The notes under the pieces were generated by a model. That model ran no database searches and was not told the origin of the DNA. It was given only the letters and a program-made list of their open reading frames with translations. Made by a program: the position numbers and the translations under genes. From Phaeosaccion multiseriatum (Eukaryota; Protista; Ochrophyta, other classes), in assembly GCA_965112735.1 (NCBI GenBank), contig OZ218954.1, positions 806,001-870,000 of the forward strand: a stretch of DNA of 64,000 nt, written 5' to 3'. Below, piece by piece: positions 49,064-62,435 of the stretch (positions within the stretch are counted from its first letter, which is position 1; every line of letters begins with the position of its first letter).

Positions 49064-51304
49064 ATGGCGTTGAGGTACGGCCCTCCATCTGCATGTTCGA
49101 GAAGAAGCCTTCGGAGCTGGCTGAGACGTCCCCCTTTTGAGAGGCGTCCTAACACGGGAGAGAGGGGAGGGAGGAGGGAGGGAGCTACGGGCAGGAGGCC
49201 CACGCGAGGGATTGTTATGACCACGTACGCGTCCGTCAAAGGAGGGAGATTCGGCAGCAGGAGCATGAGGCACCGCTCCCCTGCACCGCGGTCCGTCGGC
49301 GTCTCCAAGCTGGGAATGATGACATGCTTGGCGACCATGACGCTCTCTCCCGCCCTGCCCCGAGCAGCAGCCTTCGCCCCTCCGAGTCAAGTGGATGGGC
49401 TGTCCACCTTGGGGCGGAGCCATGTTACGCCCTCGATGATGGGCCGCGGGAGTGACTGCGATAGTCGGCCGGCAGGAGGAGGAGTGAGAAGATGGAGAAG
49501 AGCAGAAGGGGAATCGGGGGCGGTGGAGGGAGAGGGCGTGATGGTTATGACGATGGTCGCAGCGAGAAGTAGTAGTAGTGTTACACAGGCGAGCGACGGA
49601 GGCAGTGGACTGTGCGCCTTGCCCCGAGCAGGAGACGACGCCGTCCAGCAGCTGTCTGCATGGCCGTCAAGCTTTGTAGGCGCGGGTCATAGTAGCAGCA
49701 GTAGTAGTGGTGGTGGGGTTATGAGGATGAATAGTAGTGGCAATAGTAGGAGTCGTAGTAGAAGTAGTAGTAGTAGTAGTGGAAGAGGGGGCAGGGGCAG
49801 CATTGGCAATAGTTGGCAGGCTGTCGTGGAGCGAGTGTCCTCGGTGTGTAGCGCAGTGGTGTCCGGTGCCGTGCGGTCAGTTGTGACTGTGCCCGCGGGG
49901 CCCTACCTACTGCAACTAGCAGGGGTGGCTTCCTACCTGCCGACAGGGGGCTTGGAGAAGCTCCCATCGCTCCATACGAAGCACCACGCTCAGCCGACAG
50001 AACCCCCAAAGAAGGTACGTGGCGGAGTGGCAAGAGGCAGGACGGGGCGGGGGTCGGGGCGGTGTTGGATGGGGTGGGGTGGAAGGTTGGCAGGGGGGGG
50101 GAGGGGAGAAGTGGGGTACTGAAGGGCTCGGTATGAAGACACGGCAAGGAGCAATCGATGGCCGTAAGGAGTGATTAGGCAGACGGACTGGCGGACGGAC
50201 TAAGTGTTGCTCACCCCCACTTGATGAATTGGGAGACTCTCCCTGCCAGCGCTTGGTGTCGCCCCACCCCCCCCCCAACCACCACCACCACCAGCACTTG
50301 ACACCCTCCACACAACGAGCCCCAAAACGGACAATTAGTTTAATCACGCGCACGCTTACACATATCCCACTTTCCCTCCATCCCTCCTTATGGCGCCACC
50401 TCATGACTTGTACTGCCTGCTGCTGTGGAACAACCCCATGTGATATGATTTGATACGTACGTACGTACGTGACCTGTGATGTCATCCTCAGATCCTCATT
50501 CTTATGAGCGACACCGGCGGTGGCCACCGCGCGAGCGCCCTGTCCCTCAAGGCGGCCTTGGATGACCTCTTCCCCGGCAAGATGGATGTGGAGATCATTG
50601 ACCTGCTCACAGATCACGCGCCGTGGCCCTTCAACAAGTAAGTGCAGTGTGCGTACCCATGTGTGTGTGTGTGTGTGTGTGTGTGCTTGTGTGTGTGTGG
50701 GTGGGTGTGGGCGCGGACATGGGGCATGTGTGTGTTCGTTGATGTAATCGCATTGTGCCTGCCTCCACGCCGCTGCTGCTGCTGCTGCTGTATCACCAAC
50801 TGCTGCTGCTGCTCTGTTCGGCTGTGCTTCTCTGGGTGACCCCCCTGAGTCCTCAACTACTCTCTCTTATCTCCACTGTATACCGTATCACCAACTGCTG
50901 CACCCAACAGGGCCGTACCCTCTTACCAGGTCATGGCCAAGAAACCCTTCCTTTGGCGAGTCTTTTTCCAGCTTGGTCGCTTCCCCGTGACCCGCCTCCT
51001 CTCTGTGTGGCACTCCACCATCGCCTGCCACGACCCCTTTACGCGATGCTTTGAGGAGAAGAAGCCGGACCTGGTCATCAGTGTTCATCCTCTCTGTCAG
51101 GAAGTGCCCATCAAGGCCCTGAACAACATGGCGGCGCAGCAAAGAGCAGCAGTTGGTGATACAGCAGCGGGGGCCAAGAAGGTGCCATTTGTGACTGTAG
51201 TGACGGACTTGGGGGGGGCGCACCCAACCTGGTTCCACAAGGGCGTGGACCAGTGCTTCGTGCCCTCGGCGAAGCTCTACAAGATGGCGAGAAAGGCGGG
51301 GTGA

Positions 51305-51347
<43 letters not shown>

Positions 51348-51700
51348 CGTGGTGGATGAGTGCGTGCGTGCGTGCGTGAAAGTCTGACCCTGGCCCTCCC
51401 ATGAACTCTGACCTGTGCCCTGACGCTGACCCAGCCCCTTTCCTCCATTCCCATCTGACCTTGTCTGCTCTTCTTCTCTCATGTTTCACATTCCCATCTG
51501 ACCTTGTCTGCTCTTCTTCTCTCATGTTTCACTTCCTTCCTCCATTCCCATCTGACCTTGTCTGCTCTTCTTCTCTCATGTTTCACTTCCTTTCTAGCTT
51601 GGGCCACGACCAGCTCCGGTTTCACGGCCTCCCTATCCGCTCAGGCTTTTGGGAGAAGCAGTCGGAGGTACAGCAGCAGCAGCAGCAACAACAACAACAA

Positions 51701-51746
<46 letters not shown>

Positions 51747-52283
51747 CGGAGGAGGGAAGACAACGAGAAGCGGGGGGGGGAGGTAAAGGAGGTCAGGATG
51801 ATGAGATATCCAAGGAGGATACGCAGGCGATGCTGGGCCTGCGTCCCGGAGTCAAGACGTGCCTCGTGATTGGGGGTGGAGACGGGGTGGGTGGGCTTGC
51901 CAAGATCGCGGCCTCAGTGGGCGATAGCATGGCCGCCGGCCTGGACACATCCCAAGTGGTGGTGGTGTGTGGCAAGAATGAGGACGTGCAGAGCTCCCTC
52001 AAGTCTCGCTACTGGAGGGACAATGTCGATGTGCACATACATGGGTTTGTCAACAACATGGATGAGTGGATGAGTGCCGTGGACTGCATCGTCACCAAGG
52101 CGGGGCCGGGGACTATTGCAGAGGCCACCGTCAGAGGTCTGCCGATCGTATTGAGCAACTATCTCCCCGGGCAGGAGGCAGGAAACGTGCCTTACGTTGT
52201 GGAGGGCGGGTTTGGGCAATTCAGCAGTGAGCCGGGCAAGATCGGCGACATTGTGCGGTCATGGCTGCAAGACCATGACCCTC

Positions 52284-52325
<42 letters not shown>

Positions 52326-53164
52326 AGCAGCAGAATGGCCTCTATCAATCTGGTGAAGCAGGGGTCGGTGGTGGTGGTGGTGGTGGTGGGACTGCTGTAC
52401 GTGTTGGTGGTACAGGTCAAGGTCCAGGGGCGGGGGCAGAGGCAGGGGCTCGCTTAGGGGAGATGAAGGAAGCATCCAAGGAGGCCTCTAAGCCCCACGC
52501 CACATACGCCATTGCCTGGGACATTGAGAGGCTTCTGGAGGGAAAGGAGCTGACGCCTCAGAGCCTGGACATGGAGGAGCCCGAGCCGCAGCTGGAGGGG
52601 TTGGTGCTACGGAAGGACAAGGAGCTCTGTCATGAGCAGCAGATATATAGGGTGGAGGAGGAGGAGGGCTACGAGGAGGAGGAGGAGGAAGAGCAGCAGC
52701 AGCAGCAGCAGCTGCTGCAGGAGGAGGAGGAGGCGGAGGAGGATGAGTCCGAGGCGCCGGGACGAGGCAGGCGTAGGCGTATGGTGAGGCTGTCACAGAT
52801 GGCGAAGGGGTCGAAGGGGAGGAGGTCAGGGTCTGAGGTGGAGGAGTTGGGGCAAGGATTGGGGCTGACAAACAACTCCCTCTCACTCTTATATGGTGAT
52901 TACTGTGCTACAAGTGGTAGCAATAAAAGCAGTAGTAGCAATAGTAGTAGTGGTGGTGCTAGCAGTTTCGGTTTGGGCGCGAGAGATTCGAGGCCAGCAC
53001 TTACGAGAGAGAAGAGACTAGCCCTGGCCGGCAACCGAGGAGGGGGCGGGGAGGGGAAGAAAGGATCATCATCATCATCATCAGCAGGAGCAGCAGCAGC
53101 ATCAGGTAGTGATACAGTAGCAGAGGCCGGGGAGGAGGTCGAGGCGGAGAAGTGGCGGGCGTGA
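49064..53164 (+). CDS. MGD: Monogalactosyldiacylglycerol synthase (GT28); 4 exons; true start may be a downstream ATG (49218/49265/49317)
   Basis: [98 protein letters not shown]. An AAAFAP presequence motif lies at ~49365-49382. Confidence 0.95.
51436..51592. repeat. Intronic tandem repeat, ~43-55 bp x3
   Basis: attcccatctgaccttgtctgctcttcttctctcatgtttcac occurs three times just upstream of the MGD exon 4 acceptor. Confidence 0.85.
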
Positions 53165-53247
53165 GGAGAACGGGAACGACGTGGTGCAGTTGCGTGGCGT
53201 CTTTCCTTCTCTTGCCCTTCTCTACGCAAGGGATAGACAGGCGTATG

Positions 53248-53291
<44 letters not shown>

Positions 53292-54306
53292 GGCAGACAA
53301 GCAGGTTATCAACTGACTTGAGTGGGAAGTGCTGCCGCTCTCTGGCTGGACGTCAGGCTGGAAGGTGAGGGGCGAAGAAAAGGCTTGGAAGCTTGAAGGA
53401 GGAGCTGCCGTGGAATAGATGCATCAGAGTAGAGGATTAGTAAGAGAGTTGAACAAGAGGGTGAGATAGATCAGAGGTCAGGGGAAGCAGTATACAAGAG
53501 GGTGAGATAGATCAGAGGTCACGGGAAGCAGTATACAAGAGTAAGAGAGAGAGAGCGCGAAATGATTGAAAAGTGGGTGAAGGAGAGGAGAGGAGGAGTC
53601 AGAGGATTGAAAACTCCTCACCTTGCGGCTGTGGGCAGGCTGACTGCCGACTGCCGGGGAGGGCGGCTTTGAGAGTGACTTGTTGAGACGGGGGACTGCA
53701 TGTGAAATTCAAGTCGTTCCAATACATTTAATGTATGAATTTATTTCAAGTGCCCCAGAAATGTAAGGGTGTCGATGTTGTCGACAGCTTATATACTTAT
53801 GGAGCTCCTCAAACTGTCTCACCACACCTTTCACCTTGTCAGTGCTCCCGCCCCTGCCCACAGCCAGGGGGAGGGGAAAAAAAAACTGATGTCACTATCG
53901 ATGTCAATATCGATGTCACTATCGATTTCAATATCGATGCAGATGTCGAGCCGCCGTTGTCAAGCCTCCGGGTCTCGTTCCTAAGATGTACTTACAATAG
54001 GCGACCGATCGCACCAACTGAGTCTGACGTAGAGTGGCCTGGCGGCTGATGCTGCTGATGCTGCTGATGCTGCTGATGCTGCTGGTGCTGCTACTCTGCT
54101 GTCCACCCACAGTCGGTCTCCGCGGGGAAAGAGCGTAAGCAAGTGATCGACCTTCGCGCCCGCTCTGCTTTGTCCACATGCTTCTGCTCTGCCATGAGTC
54201 TCTGCTCTGCTGTGGTGTACAAGAAGAAATTCAATCAGTATGGCCCCGCCCCCCGCTTCTCCTCCCCTCCACTCCCCTCCCCTCGCCTGCTCTGCTCCGC
54301 TATCTG

Positions 54307-54904
54307 TTAAGGGTTGTTCCGTTGCTGCTCCGGTGGTGGTGGTGGCGTTGCTGCTGCTGCTACTGCTGCCGCTGCTGCTGTATCACCAACTGCTGCCACT
54401 GCTCCTACCCCCACTACACCCCTCGGCTCCCCCTCCCCCCCCCTCTCCCGTGCCACAACAGCCTGAAAGCCCCTCCGCATCCCTCGGACAAAGGTCGATA
54501 AGTCATTAGAGGAGTTGAGGTCTTTCAGCAAGCTCTCGAGCTCCCCCGGAGCGCCGAGGGGCGGCTCACAGCTGACAACTGTGTATGACTCTGTCTGAAT
54601 ACCCATGATGAAACTGAACCTACGCTCGGGCAGAGAGGGGTCGATCTGGGTGAAGACCATGCGGATGTTGGTAGCGTCCTGTTGTTGTTGCGACAAGGGG
54701 TTATGGATGGGTGAGGTGAGAGGTTGAGAGGAGAGGAGTGGGGTGGGCAGGGGACAGAAAAGAGTTTCTGGCGAGAAAGGAGGGCGCGAGAGGGAGAGAG
54801 GTAGACAGAGAGAGAGACGCAAAGAGAGAGAGAGAGAGAGAGAGGGAGGGAGAGGGAGAGGGAGAGGGAGAGGGAGAGAGGTAGACAGAGAGAGAGACGC
54901 AAAG

Positions 54905-54938
<34 letters not shown>

Positions 54939-56478
54939 AGAGAGAGACGAAGAGAGCGAGAAAGAGAGAGACAAGAGAGAGACAGAGACAAGAAAGAAGA
55001 AAAGGGGAAGAGAGAGACAGAGAAGAGCAGAGAAACAGCCCCCCCCCCCCTTCCCCCTCCAAGTCCGAACCTTGTCTTCACTGGGCTCCGTATTTTCAAA
55101 CTCCAGTCCCAGGAATTTGAAGAAGTTCACCCCACGGGTCAGTTCGTTGACTTGCTCCTCGCGCAGCCCCTGCCGTTGGGCCGCCTCAGTCCGCTTCTCC
55201 GCCAGCAGCTTCGAGAGCTTCGCTTGGGTACCTAAGGATGCCCAATCAAGTGACGCACCGAACCAACCAATCAATCGATTGAGTGGTTCAGATCCACACA
55301 TTGTTGGGGCATGGTATCGGTGTGGGGACGGGGAGATGAGAGTTGCGTCACAACGTTACACCACACACCACACGCACGCACAACCAAGTGTATACATACA
55401 CACACTGATCGGCATTGCTTGGATGTAATGTGTCTTAAACTGAAGAGGTAACGCCCCGCCCCTTACACGTCCCTTCCCCTCTCACCTTCCAGCTGCTGCA
55501 TTTTGACAGGCAGCTGCTGAGAAGCGAGGCTTCTGAGCTCCTGCACGGCCTCTCTCTTTTTGGCAAGCACGTCGTCCTGAGACCTGTGTGCGTGCGTGTG
55601 TGCGTGCGTGCGTGCGTGCGTGAGAGAGGGGTGGGGCACGGGCAGGGGGGGAGGAGGGAATATTCGGGGAATGAAAAGACAAGATGGCGGTTGGCTACTG
55701 AAGCACCGCCGAATGCCGTAACCTACTCCTCCTTCCGGCTCACTCACTCACTGACTCACTGACTATTAACTTACCCTTGTTGTTGGTCGAACTCCCTTGC
55801 TTTCTCGTCAAGTTCCTTCTCTGCGTTGTGCAGCGCTTCGATGGTTTCTGCGCACTCCTGCATGCCCCGCATGTGGGTATCCTGGAGGCGGGTCATACAG
55901 ATGCACACATGCGTAGAGAGAGAGGGAAAAAGACAGACAACACACACAACCACGCAGAGAGAGAGAGAAGAGAGACGAAACAGACAGACAGAGAGAGAGT
56001 GTGTGTGTGTGAGAGAAGGGAGGGAGGGGATTCTTGGGTGGAAGGAGTAGAGAGGGGGAGAAAATGAAAAGGAGAGAAACTAAGGAGGACAAGGAAGTTG
56101 GGCAATCGTATGTGAGGGGAAGTAAAAAGAATGGAGAGGGCCAAGTAAACAACGAGAAGAGGAACTATGTCATGCTCTCGCTCGCTCGCTATCCCTCTCC
56201 CACAGCCAGAACACACCCTCTCCTCTTCTCCGCCTCCGCCTCCTCACCCTCGTGCGGTCCAATTGTCCATTCGTGTCCCCTGCCCACTTCTCCAGCTCTT
56301 CCCGCGTGAGCTTGAGCTGTTCTCGCAACCGCGCCGTCAGGTGCGACGCCGAGATGGCACCTATTGACAGTGCACGCCCCCGTTCTTCCTCTCCGCCTGC
56401 TCGACCTTCCTGCTGGTAGTATCCCTCCTCCTCCGCCTCCGAGCCGACTCGCTCATCGTCTCCAACGAAGGATGCCAT
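54307..56478 (-). CDS. SPC25: Kinetochore NDC80-complex subunit SPC25, multi-exon
   Basis: An N-terminal coiled coil is followed by FLGLEFE...IRMVFTQIDPSLPERRFSF...YTVVSCEPPL...LLKDLNSSNDLSTFVRGMRRGF, the Spc25 RWD-domain signature. Confidence 0.9.
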
Positions 56479-56885
56479 GGGTCAGCTTACTCTCTTGCTT
56501 GCTTAGGTTTTATTTCTTGAAGCGACCTTTCACAAGGGAGGGAACGAACACATGGAATGCCAAAATCGATATATCTAATTTTAAAATCGATAACCGGGCG
56601 CTGAGAGAGCAAACGTGCAGAAAGTAGAAAGTATTCTTTTTCTCCCTCCTTCATATATATAGAGGAGGCTCTGGTCATTGCGGACTCTCCCTGGTGTTGT
56701 AGTGTGCACCACGGCCTTTTGCTGCGGAGAGAGGGGCAAGACAAGACAGGAGAAGGCCCGAACGCACCAACAAAAATACTCTCTCCTCTTTTATGGGTAG
56801 CTTTACCACGCTGTATCCCACGCCTCTGCTTCCCCCTTTTGCCCCCGCATGACGTCCTCCGCGTGAGGTCGACGGAACCGCCGAT

Positions 56886-59800
56886 ATGAGCGGGTTGCAG
56901 CCGAGGCAGCCGCACGACATCGACGCTCAAGAGGATTTGTCGGGCAGTGGAGGAAAGGGGGAAGCAGAGATTGAGATGTGGAGGTTCGGCAAAGCAAAAG
57001 GCCAGGCCTCTCACCAGGGCTACCACAAAGTTGATCCAGGACAAGGAGACATCAACGGCACCGAGGGGGGGGAGGATGAAGGAGGGCAGGAAGAGATGTT
57101 CTTGAACGGCATTAACCACGTACTTCTGCCTGGGGCTAGGCGACATGACGACGACCCTACTGATGGTAATGATGACTACAGTGGGAGCGACGCTAGCGAT
57201 TTCTACGATTCGGAATTCTACTCCGACTACGATGATGATGAGGACGAGGAGAAGGAGGAGCATGAGGGAAGGAGAAGAAGGAGAAGAGGACGAGGAGGGA
57301 CCGTGGAGGGCAGCAGGAAGAGGAGGTCGACAGTGCTGTCGCCCAACTCCTGTATTGTGGGCAGGCCGCTCGTGTACGTGTGCGCGGTGTGCTCTTCCCT
57401 CACCTCTGTGCTGCTGGGCTACGACGTGGGCTCTATGGCCGGGGCAAGTGAGTCAATACCCTCTCCCCCGCCCTTCTTTCTTTCGCAATTTTCCAGCTCG
57501 TTTCACTCCCTCTTTTCCCCCTTCAACTCGTCAAGTCTTGTGTCCCCACACACACACCCATCCACCCCCTCATCCACCTACCCATTCACTCACTCACCCA
57601 CCCACCAACCCGTTGTCCGTCTTGACACCAGAGATCTACATGCAGCCCACCCTGAAACTGTCCCAGGTGGAGGTGGAGATGGTGGTGGGGTCTCTGAACA
57701 TCATCGCCGCCTTCGGAGCGTTACTGGCGGGCCGTTTCGCGGACCTTATCGGTCGAAAACTCACCATTGCCCTCGCCTGCGCCATCTTTCTGCTCGGGGG
57801 CATCATTTGTACCTTTGCGGGCAGTTTCACCATCATGCTGGTAGGAAGGACCATAACAGGTAGGAAGGGGAGGAAGAGGATGAGGGGGAGGGGGAGAGGG
57901 AGAGGGGAGGGTGAGGGGAGGGGGAGGGGGAAGCCGAGAGGGAGAGGGGAGCGGCGGTGTGAGGGGGAGGGGGAGAGGGGAGAGGGGAGAGGGGAGAGGG
58001 GAGAGGGGAGAGCGGAGAGGGAAGTGGGGGAGGAGAAGGAGGTCCGTCCATCCGCTTCATGTCACCCGCACCGCCCTACCGCACGCACGCACGCTCGCAC
58101 GTACCACCGCAATTCTCTTCAGCTCCCCCCAATAGAGCGACACCCAATGCCTCCCTCCCTCCCTCCCTCCCTCCCTCCCTCCTTCCCTCCTTCCCTCCCT
58201 CCCTCCCTCCCTCCCTCCCTCCCTCCCTCCCTCCCTCCCTCCCTCCCTCCCTCCCTCCCTTCCCGCCGTACACACACACACACAACAACAACAACCAAAG
58301 GCGTGGGGGTGGGCTGTGCCATGGTCATCGCCCCCGTGTACATCACAGAGCTTGCCCCGCCCTCCATCCGAGGCATGCTCGTCAGTCTCACTGACATATC
58401 CATCAACTTGGGCATCCTCCTGGGCTACGCCTCCTCCCTCGCGTGCGACGAGCTCTTCGTCAGCGAGTCTCTCAAGGTTAGACAGAGTCCGCTTGCCTGT
58501 CCGTATGCCTACCTGCCTGTATGTCTGCCTGCCCATATGCCTGCCCATGTACCTGCCTGTCAGCCTGTGTGTAAACGTGAGTGCGTGCGTGCATTTACCC
58601 TTCGTAGACTTACGTAGAGTTTTTGCGAGCCACTCCTCCCTTTTATTCTTCATCTTCTTTCCCTGACCCATGCAATTCTCGTACCTGTCTTTCTGCTGCT
58701 GCTGCTGCTGCTGCTGTTGCTACTGTATCACCAACTTGCCCCCCCTCAGTGGCGCGCCATGCTGGCCATCGGCATGATCCCCCCAACCTTGATCCTCTGT
58801 TGCCTGACGATCATGCCCTCGAGCCCTCGGTGGTTGCTCTCTCAGGGGAGGCGGAAAGAGGTGCGCACGTACGGCCGCGCAAGGCAACAAGACTCGAGAG
58901 CGAGACACGCACGCACCCACGCATGCACTCACGCACTCACTCACTCCCTCCCTACCTCCCTCCCTGCCCTCCCTCTCTGTGGTGGGCTCTTTCTCGACCA
59001 ACCAAACCGCGCATGTTATGTGACTTTGCCAACTGTGACACCCCCTGTTCTGTTGTGTGTACTGTCAGGGCTTCGTGGCCCTTTGGCGTATCTTGGGTGA
59101 CGAGAGGGGCGCTCGGAAAGAAGTTGCCGCCATTTCCAAGTCAATTCGAGACCACGAAAACAGCAGTGGAGGAGGAGGAGGAGGAGGAGGAGGAGGGGTG
59201 TCATGGCTTGATGTGTTGGCCTCGAAAGAGGCCTCCGTCAGAGCGGCGGTGTTGATTGGGGTGGGGCTTGGCTTCTGGCAGCAGGCGTCGGGCAGCGAAG
59301 CAGCGGTCTACTACAGCCCTGAGGTGCTGGAGGATGCGGGGTGGCAGGGGAAGGAGCTGCTGCTGGGGAATATCGCCATCGGGGGCTTCAAGCTTGGGGG
59401 AGAGGTGCGTGAAGCTTCACCTCCCTGCCTGACTGCCTGCCTGCCTGACTGCCTGACTGCCTGACTGACTGTCTGACTGACTGTCTGACTGCCTGCCTGA
59501 CTGCCTGCCTGACTGCCTGCCTGACTGTCTGCCTGACTGCCTGCCTGACTGCCTGCCTGCCTGCCTGACTGCCTGCCTGACTGCCTGCCTGACTGCCTGC
59601 CTGACTGCCTGCCTGACTGCCTGCCTGACTGCCTGCCTGACTGCCTGCCTGACTGCCTGCCTGACTGCTTGCCTGCTCTCCTCTCACCCTGCCCCTGACT
59701 TTCCACCACCGCTCGACGCACTCACTGCGGCACACACGTCACCCTACCCCCATCCACTGCCGTCCCACCCCACCCCATCCGCTGCCATCCCCATAGCTGG

Positions 59801-60022
59801 TGGCCTTCTTTCTTCTGGACCGAATCGGTCGGCGGCCGCTGTTCCTCGCCTCCTCCATGAGCCAAACCGTTGCCCTTGTTGGCATAGGGATGGCCTTCAC
59901 CTTCGAGTGGAGTGCAATGACCACTCTGGTGTGGCTGTGTACCTTCATGCTGTGCTTCTCCGTCGGTTTGGGCCCCGTCAGCTTCGTTGTGGCCTCCGAG
60001 GTAGGAGGAGGATGTGTGCGTC

Positions 60023-60082
<60 letters not shown>

Positions 60083-60950
60083 TTTCTTTGGGGCGTTTCA
60101 GTTTCACTGTTTTGTTGTCCCACGCTCAAGTTTCAGTCTCAATCAAAAAAGTCGAAAAGCAATGTCGAGAAGCGATTTCGATGCTCTTGTCCTTACCCGT
60201 GTGCTTACGGCCCCTCCCTCCCTCCCTCCCTCCCTCCCTCCCTCCCTTCCTTCCTCCCTCCCTCCCTCCCTCCCTCCCTCCCTCCCTCCCTCCCTCCCTC
60301 CCTCCCTCCCTCCCTCCCTCCCTCCCTCCCTCCCTCCCTCTCTCCCTCCCTCCCTCCCTCCCTCCCTCCCTCCCTCCCTCCCTCCCTCCCTCCCTCCCTC
60401 CTTCCCTCCCTCCCTCCCGCCCCCCGTCCCCTCCCACTTCAGATCTTCCCTCTCGCTGTGCGTGGCAAGGCCATGTCTCTGGTCATCTTTGTGAACCGCC
60501 TAATGTCGGGATGCATCGCTCTGAGCTATGAAAGCATCGCCTCCTTCCTCACCCCAGCGGGCTCTTTCTACGTGTTCGCCATTCTATCTCTCTGTAGTGT
60601 GGCATTTTACTACACACAGGTACGAAATGCGTAGCGAAAACGCAAACGTTACATCCCTCAAAGCTAGCGGTGACGTACTGTCGTCTTATTTTTTGTATGT
60701 CAGAAGTGTATCTCTGACTCCCATCCACTGACATCCCCCCCCCCTCCCCTTTTTTCTCCTTCCTTCCATGCAGGTGCCGGAGACGAGGGGCAAGACACTA
60801 GAGCAGATCACACTCGAGTTCGACGCAAGAAGCGGTGCAGCAGTTGGTCATACAGGAGACGGAGGCAAGAGAGGAGGAGGAGGAGGAGAAGAAGAAGAGG
60901 ATGAGATGGCACCCACCTCGTCAGACCCTCCAGGGGTAGCAGTGTTGTGA
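56886..60950 (+). CDS. MFS sugar porter (polyol/monosaccharide transporter-like), multi-exon
   Basis: SVLLGYDVGSMAGA, ADLIGRK, PVYITELAPPSIRG, WRAML, MPSSPRWL, WQQASGSEAAVYYSP, LDRIGRRPL, SEIFPLAVRGKA, VPETRGKTLEQI. Confidence 0.95.
59425..59675. repeat. Intronic 12-bp minisatellite (ctgcctgactgc)n
   Basis: About 20 imperfect copies in the sugar-porter intron. Confidence 0.9.
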
Positions 60951-62435
60951 GACAGCTGCAGCAGTAGCAGCAGGGGCGGCAGTGGGAGGGAAAGGCCTTG
61001 AGGACGCTCGGCAGCAGCAGTTGGTGATACTGAGCAGCCCGGACAGCCACGGGACGAAAGACGCCTTCTTGCGGTGATGTGAAACTGAAACTGTCCGTCG
61101 AAGTGCTCGACTTGCTTCTCACCGCACCGTGTGCCATTCTGCTCCTCTGCCGAGCTTGTCATATGCTTTCTCATCTGCTTTCTCATCGAGCTTCTATAGC
61201 GAGCTTCTGTTGTCGTCTGGCCGTTTGCTGCCCTCCATTGTCGCTGCTGCTCTGCCTGAGCACAAGATGAGGCACAATGCGGCCCACCGGACATATCCGA
61301 GGCCATTTGGAGGTATATGGGCGGCATTTGGGAGGCATATGGCTGAGAAGTCATTACGGGAGCCCGGCACAGCGCATCTCGCCCTCACTTCGGCGGCGGA
61401 GGGGGGCGGAGGGGGGGGTGGAGTTTAGAAGGCCTAGTACGTCTCTCTTCTCTCTCTGTGGAAGGAAGAGGGAGGAGAAGGGACGTTCTGTCTCTGTTGG
61501 AAGAGGGAGTAGATGGTCCCCCATGGTAGGGAGGAGGAGAAGGGCCATCTTGCATTCTTTTGGACGGCAAAGGGCTTACTTTGTGTAGGTGGGTCGTTGC
61601 TGGCATGGAACGAGACTTACTGATGTAAAAGCATCAAACAGCCAAACACACACCCACCCCACCCCACCCCACCCCACCCCGACACAAGACGAACGTCGGG
61701 TGGAGGAAGGGCAAGGAGCATGGGAAGGAGCAGGCGGGTGCGGGTGCTGTTTATTGATCTGTCTGGCTGCTCGGGGGGGGGGGGCCTTCTTGCTAGGGCC
61801 TTGGGGGGGGATGCGCTACTTCGAGACTGTCGGGGCCTTCTATTGGCTTAGGATACGCTTGACGTGGGCCTTCCCTTGGCCCGTGGTGTTTTTCGATGTG
61901 GTTGGGGGGTCTTCGTTGGGTCTTCGGTGGGAGAGTTGGGGTGGTCTACACTCACTTCCAGAGGCGTTGAGACGCGTGTGACTCGGCAGGGCTCACAGGG
62001 CTGCAGCAGGGGGCTGTATGACCAACTGGCTTGGCAAACCAGGCGGAGCTTTTGAGAAGGTAGTTGATGATGAAGCGCATCGATATCGTTTCTCGATATC
62101 ATTGGTCTGGGCCAATGAGACTGAAACTGAAATCGGGTCCGGTCCGGCGGCCCCGTTTTACCCTCCACCGCTAGCTTGTTGGTGTGGTAACGGGCACACA
62201 GGGACTGGTTGTATGTACGGACATTGTATTGAAATTGATCGAGTGTATTTACATTGGAACAGGAACGTACCGTTCCACACGACGTAACTGTCACCCAAAC
62301 ATCCTACATCTCCTACAGAAGGTCTCTCTCTCTGTGTGCGTGTGTGTGAGCGTCCCAAAGCCCCTCTGCTGGCTCCTCCTTCTCCTCTTCCTGCCCCCCC
62401 CCCCCCGCCCCCCCTCCTCCTCGTTCTCATTCGGG

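Noticed and set aside
60960-62430. ORFs between the sugar porter and AAA ATPase 3' ends
   Set aside because: No motifs or consistent splice pattern; likely convergent 3' UTR or intergenic DNA.
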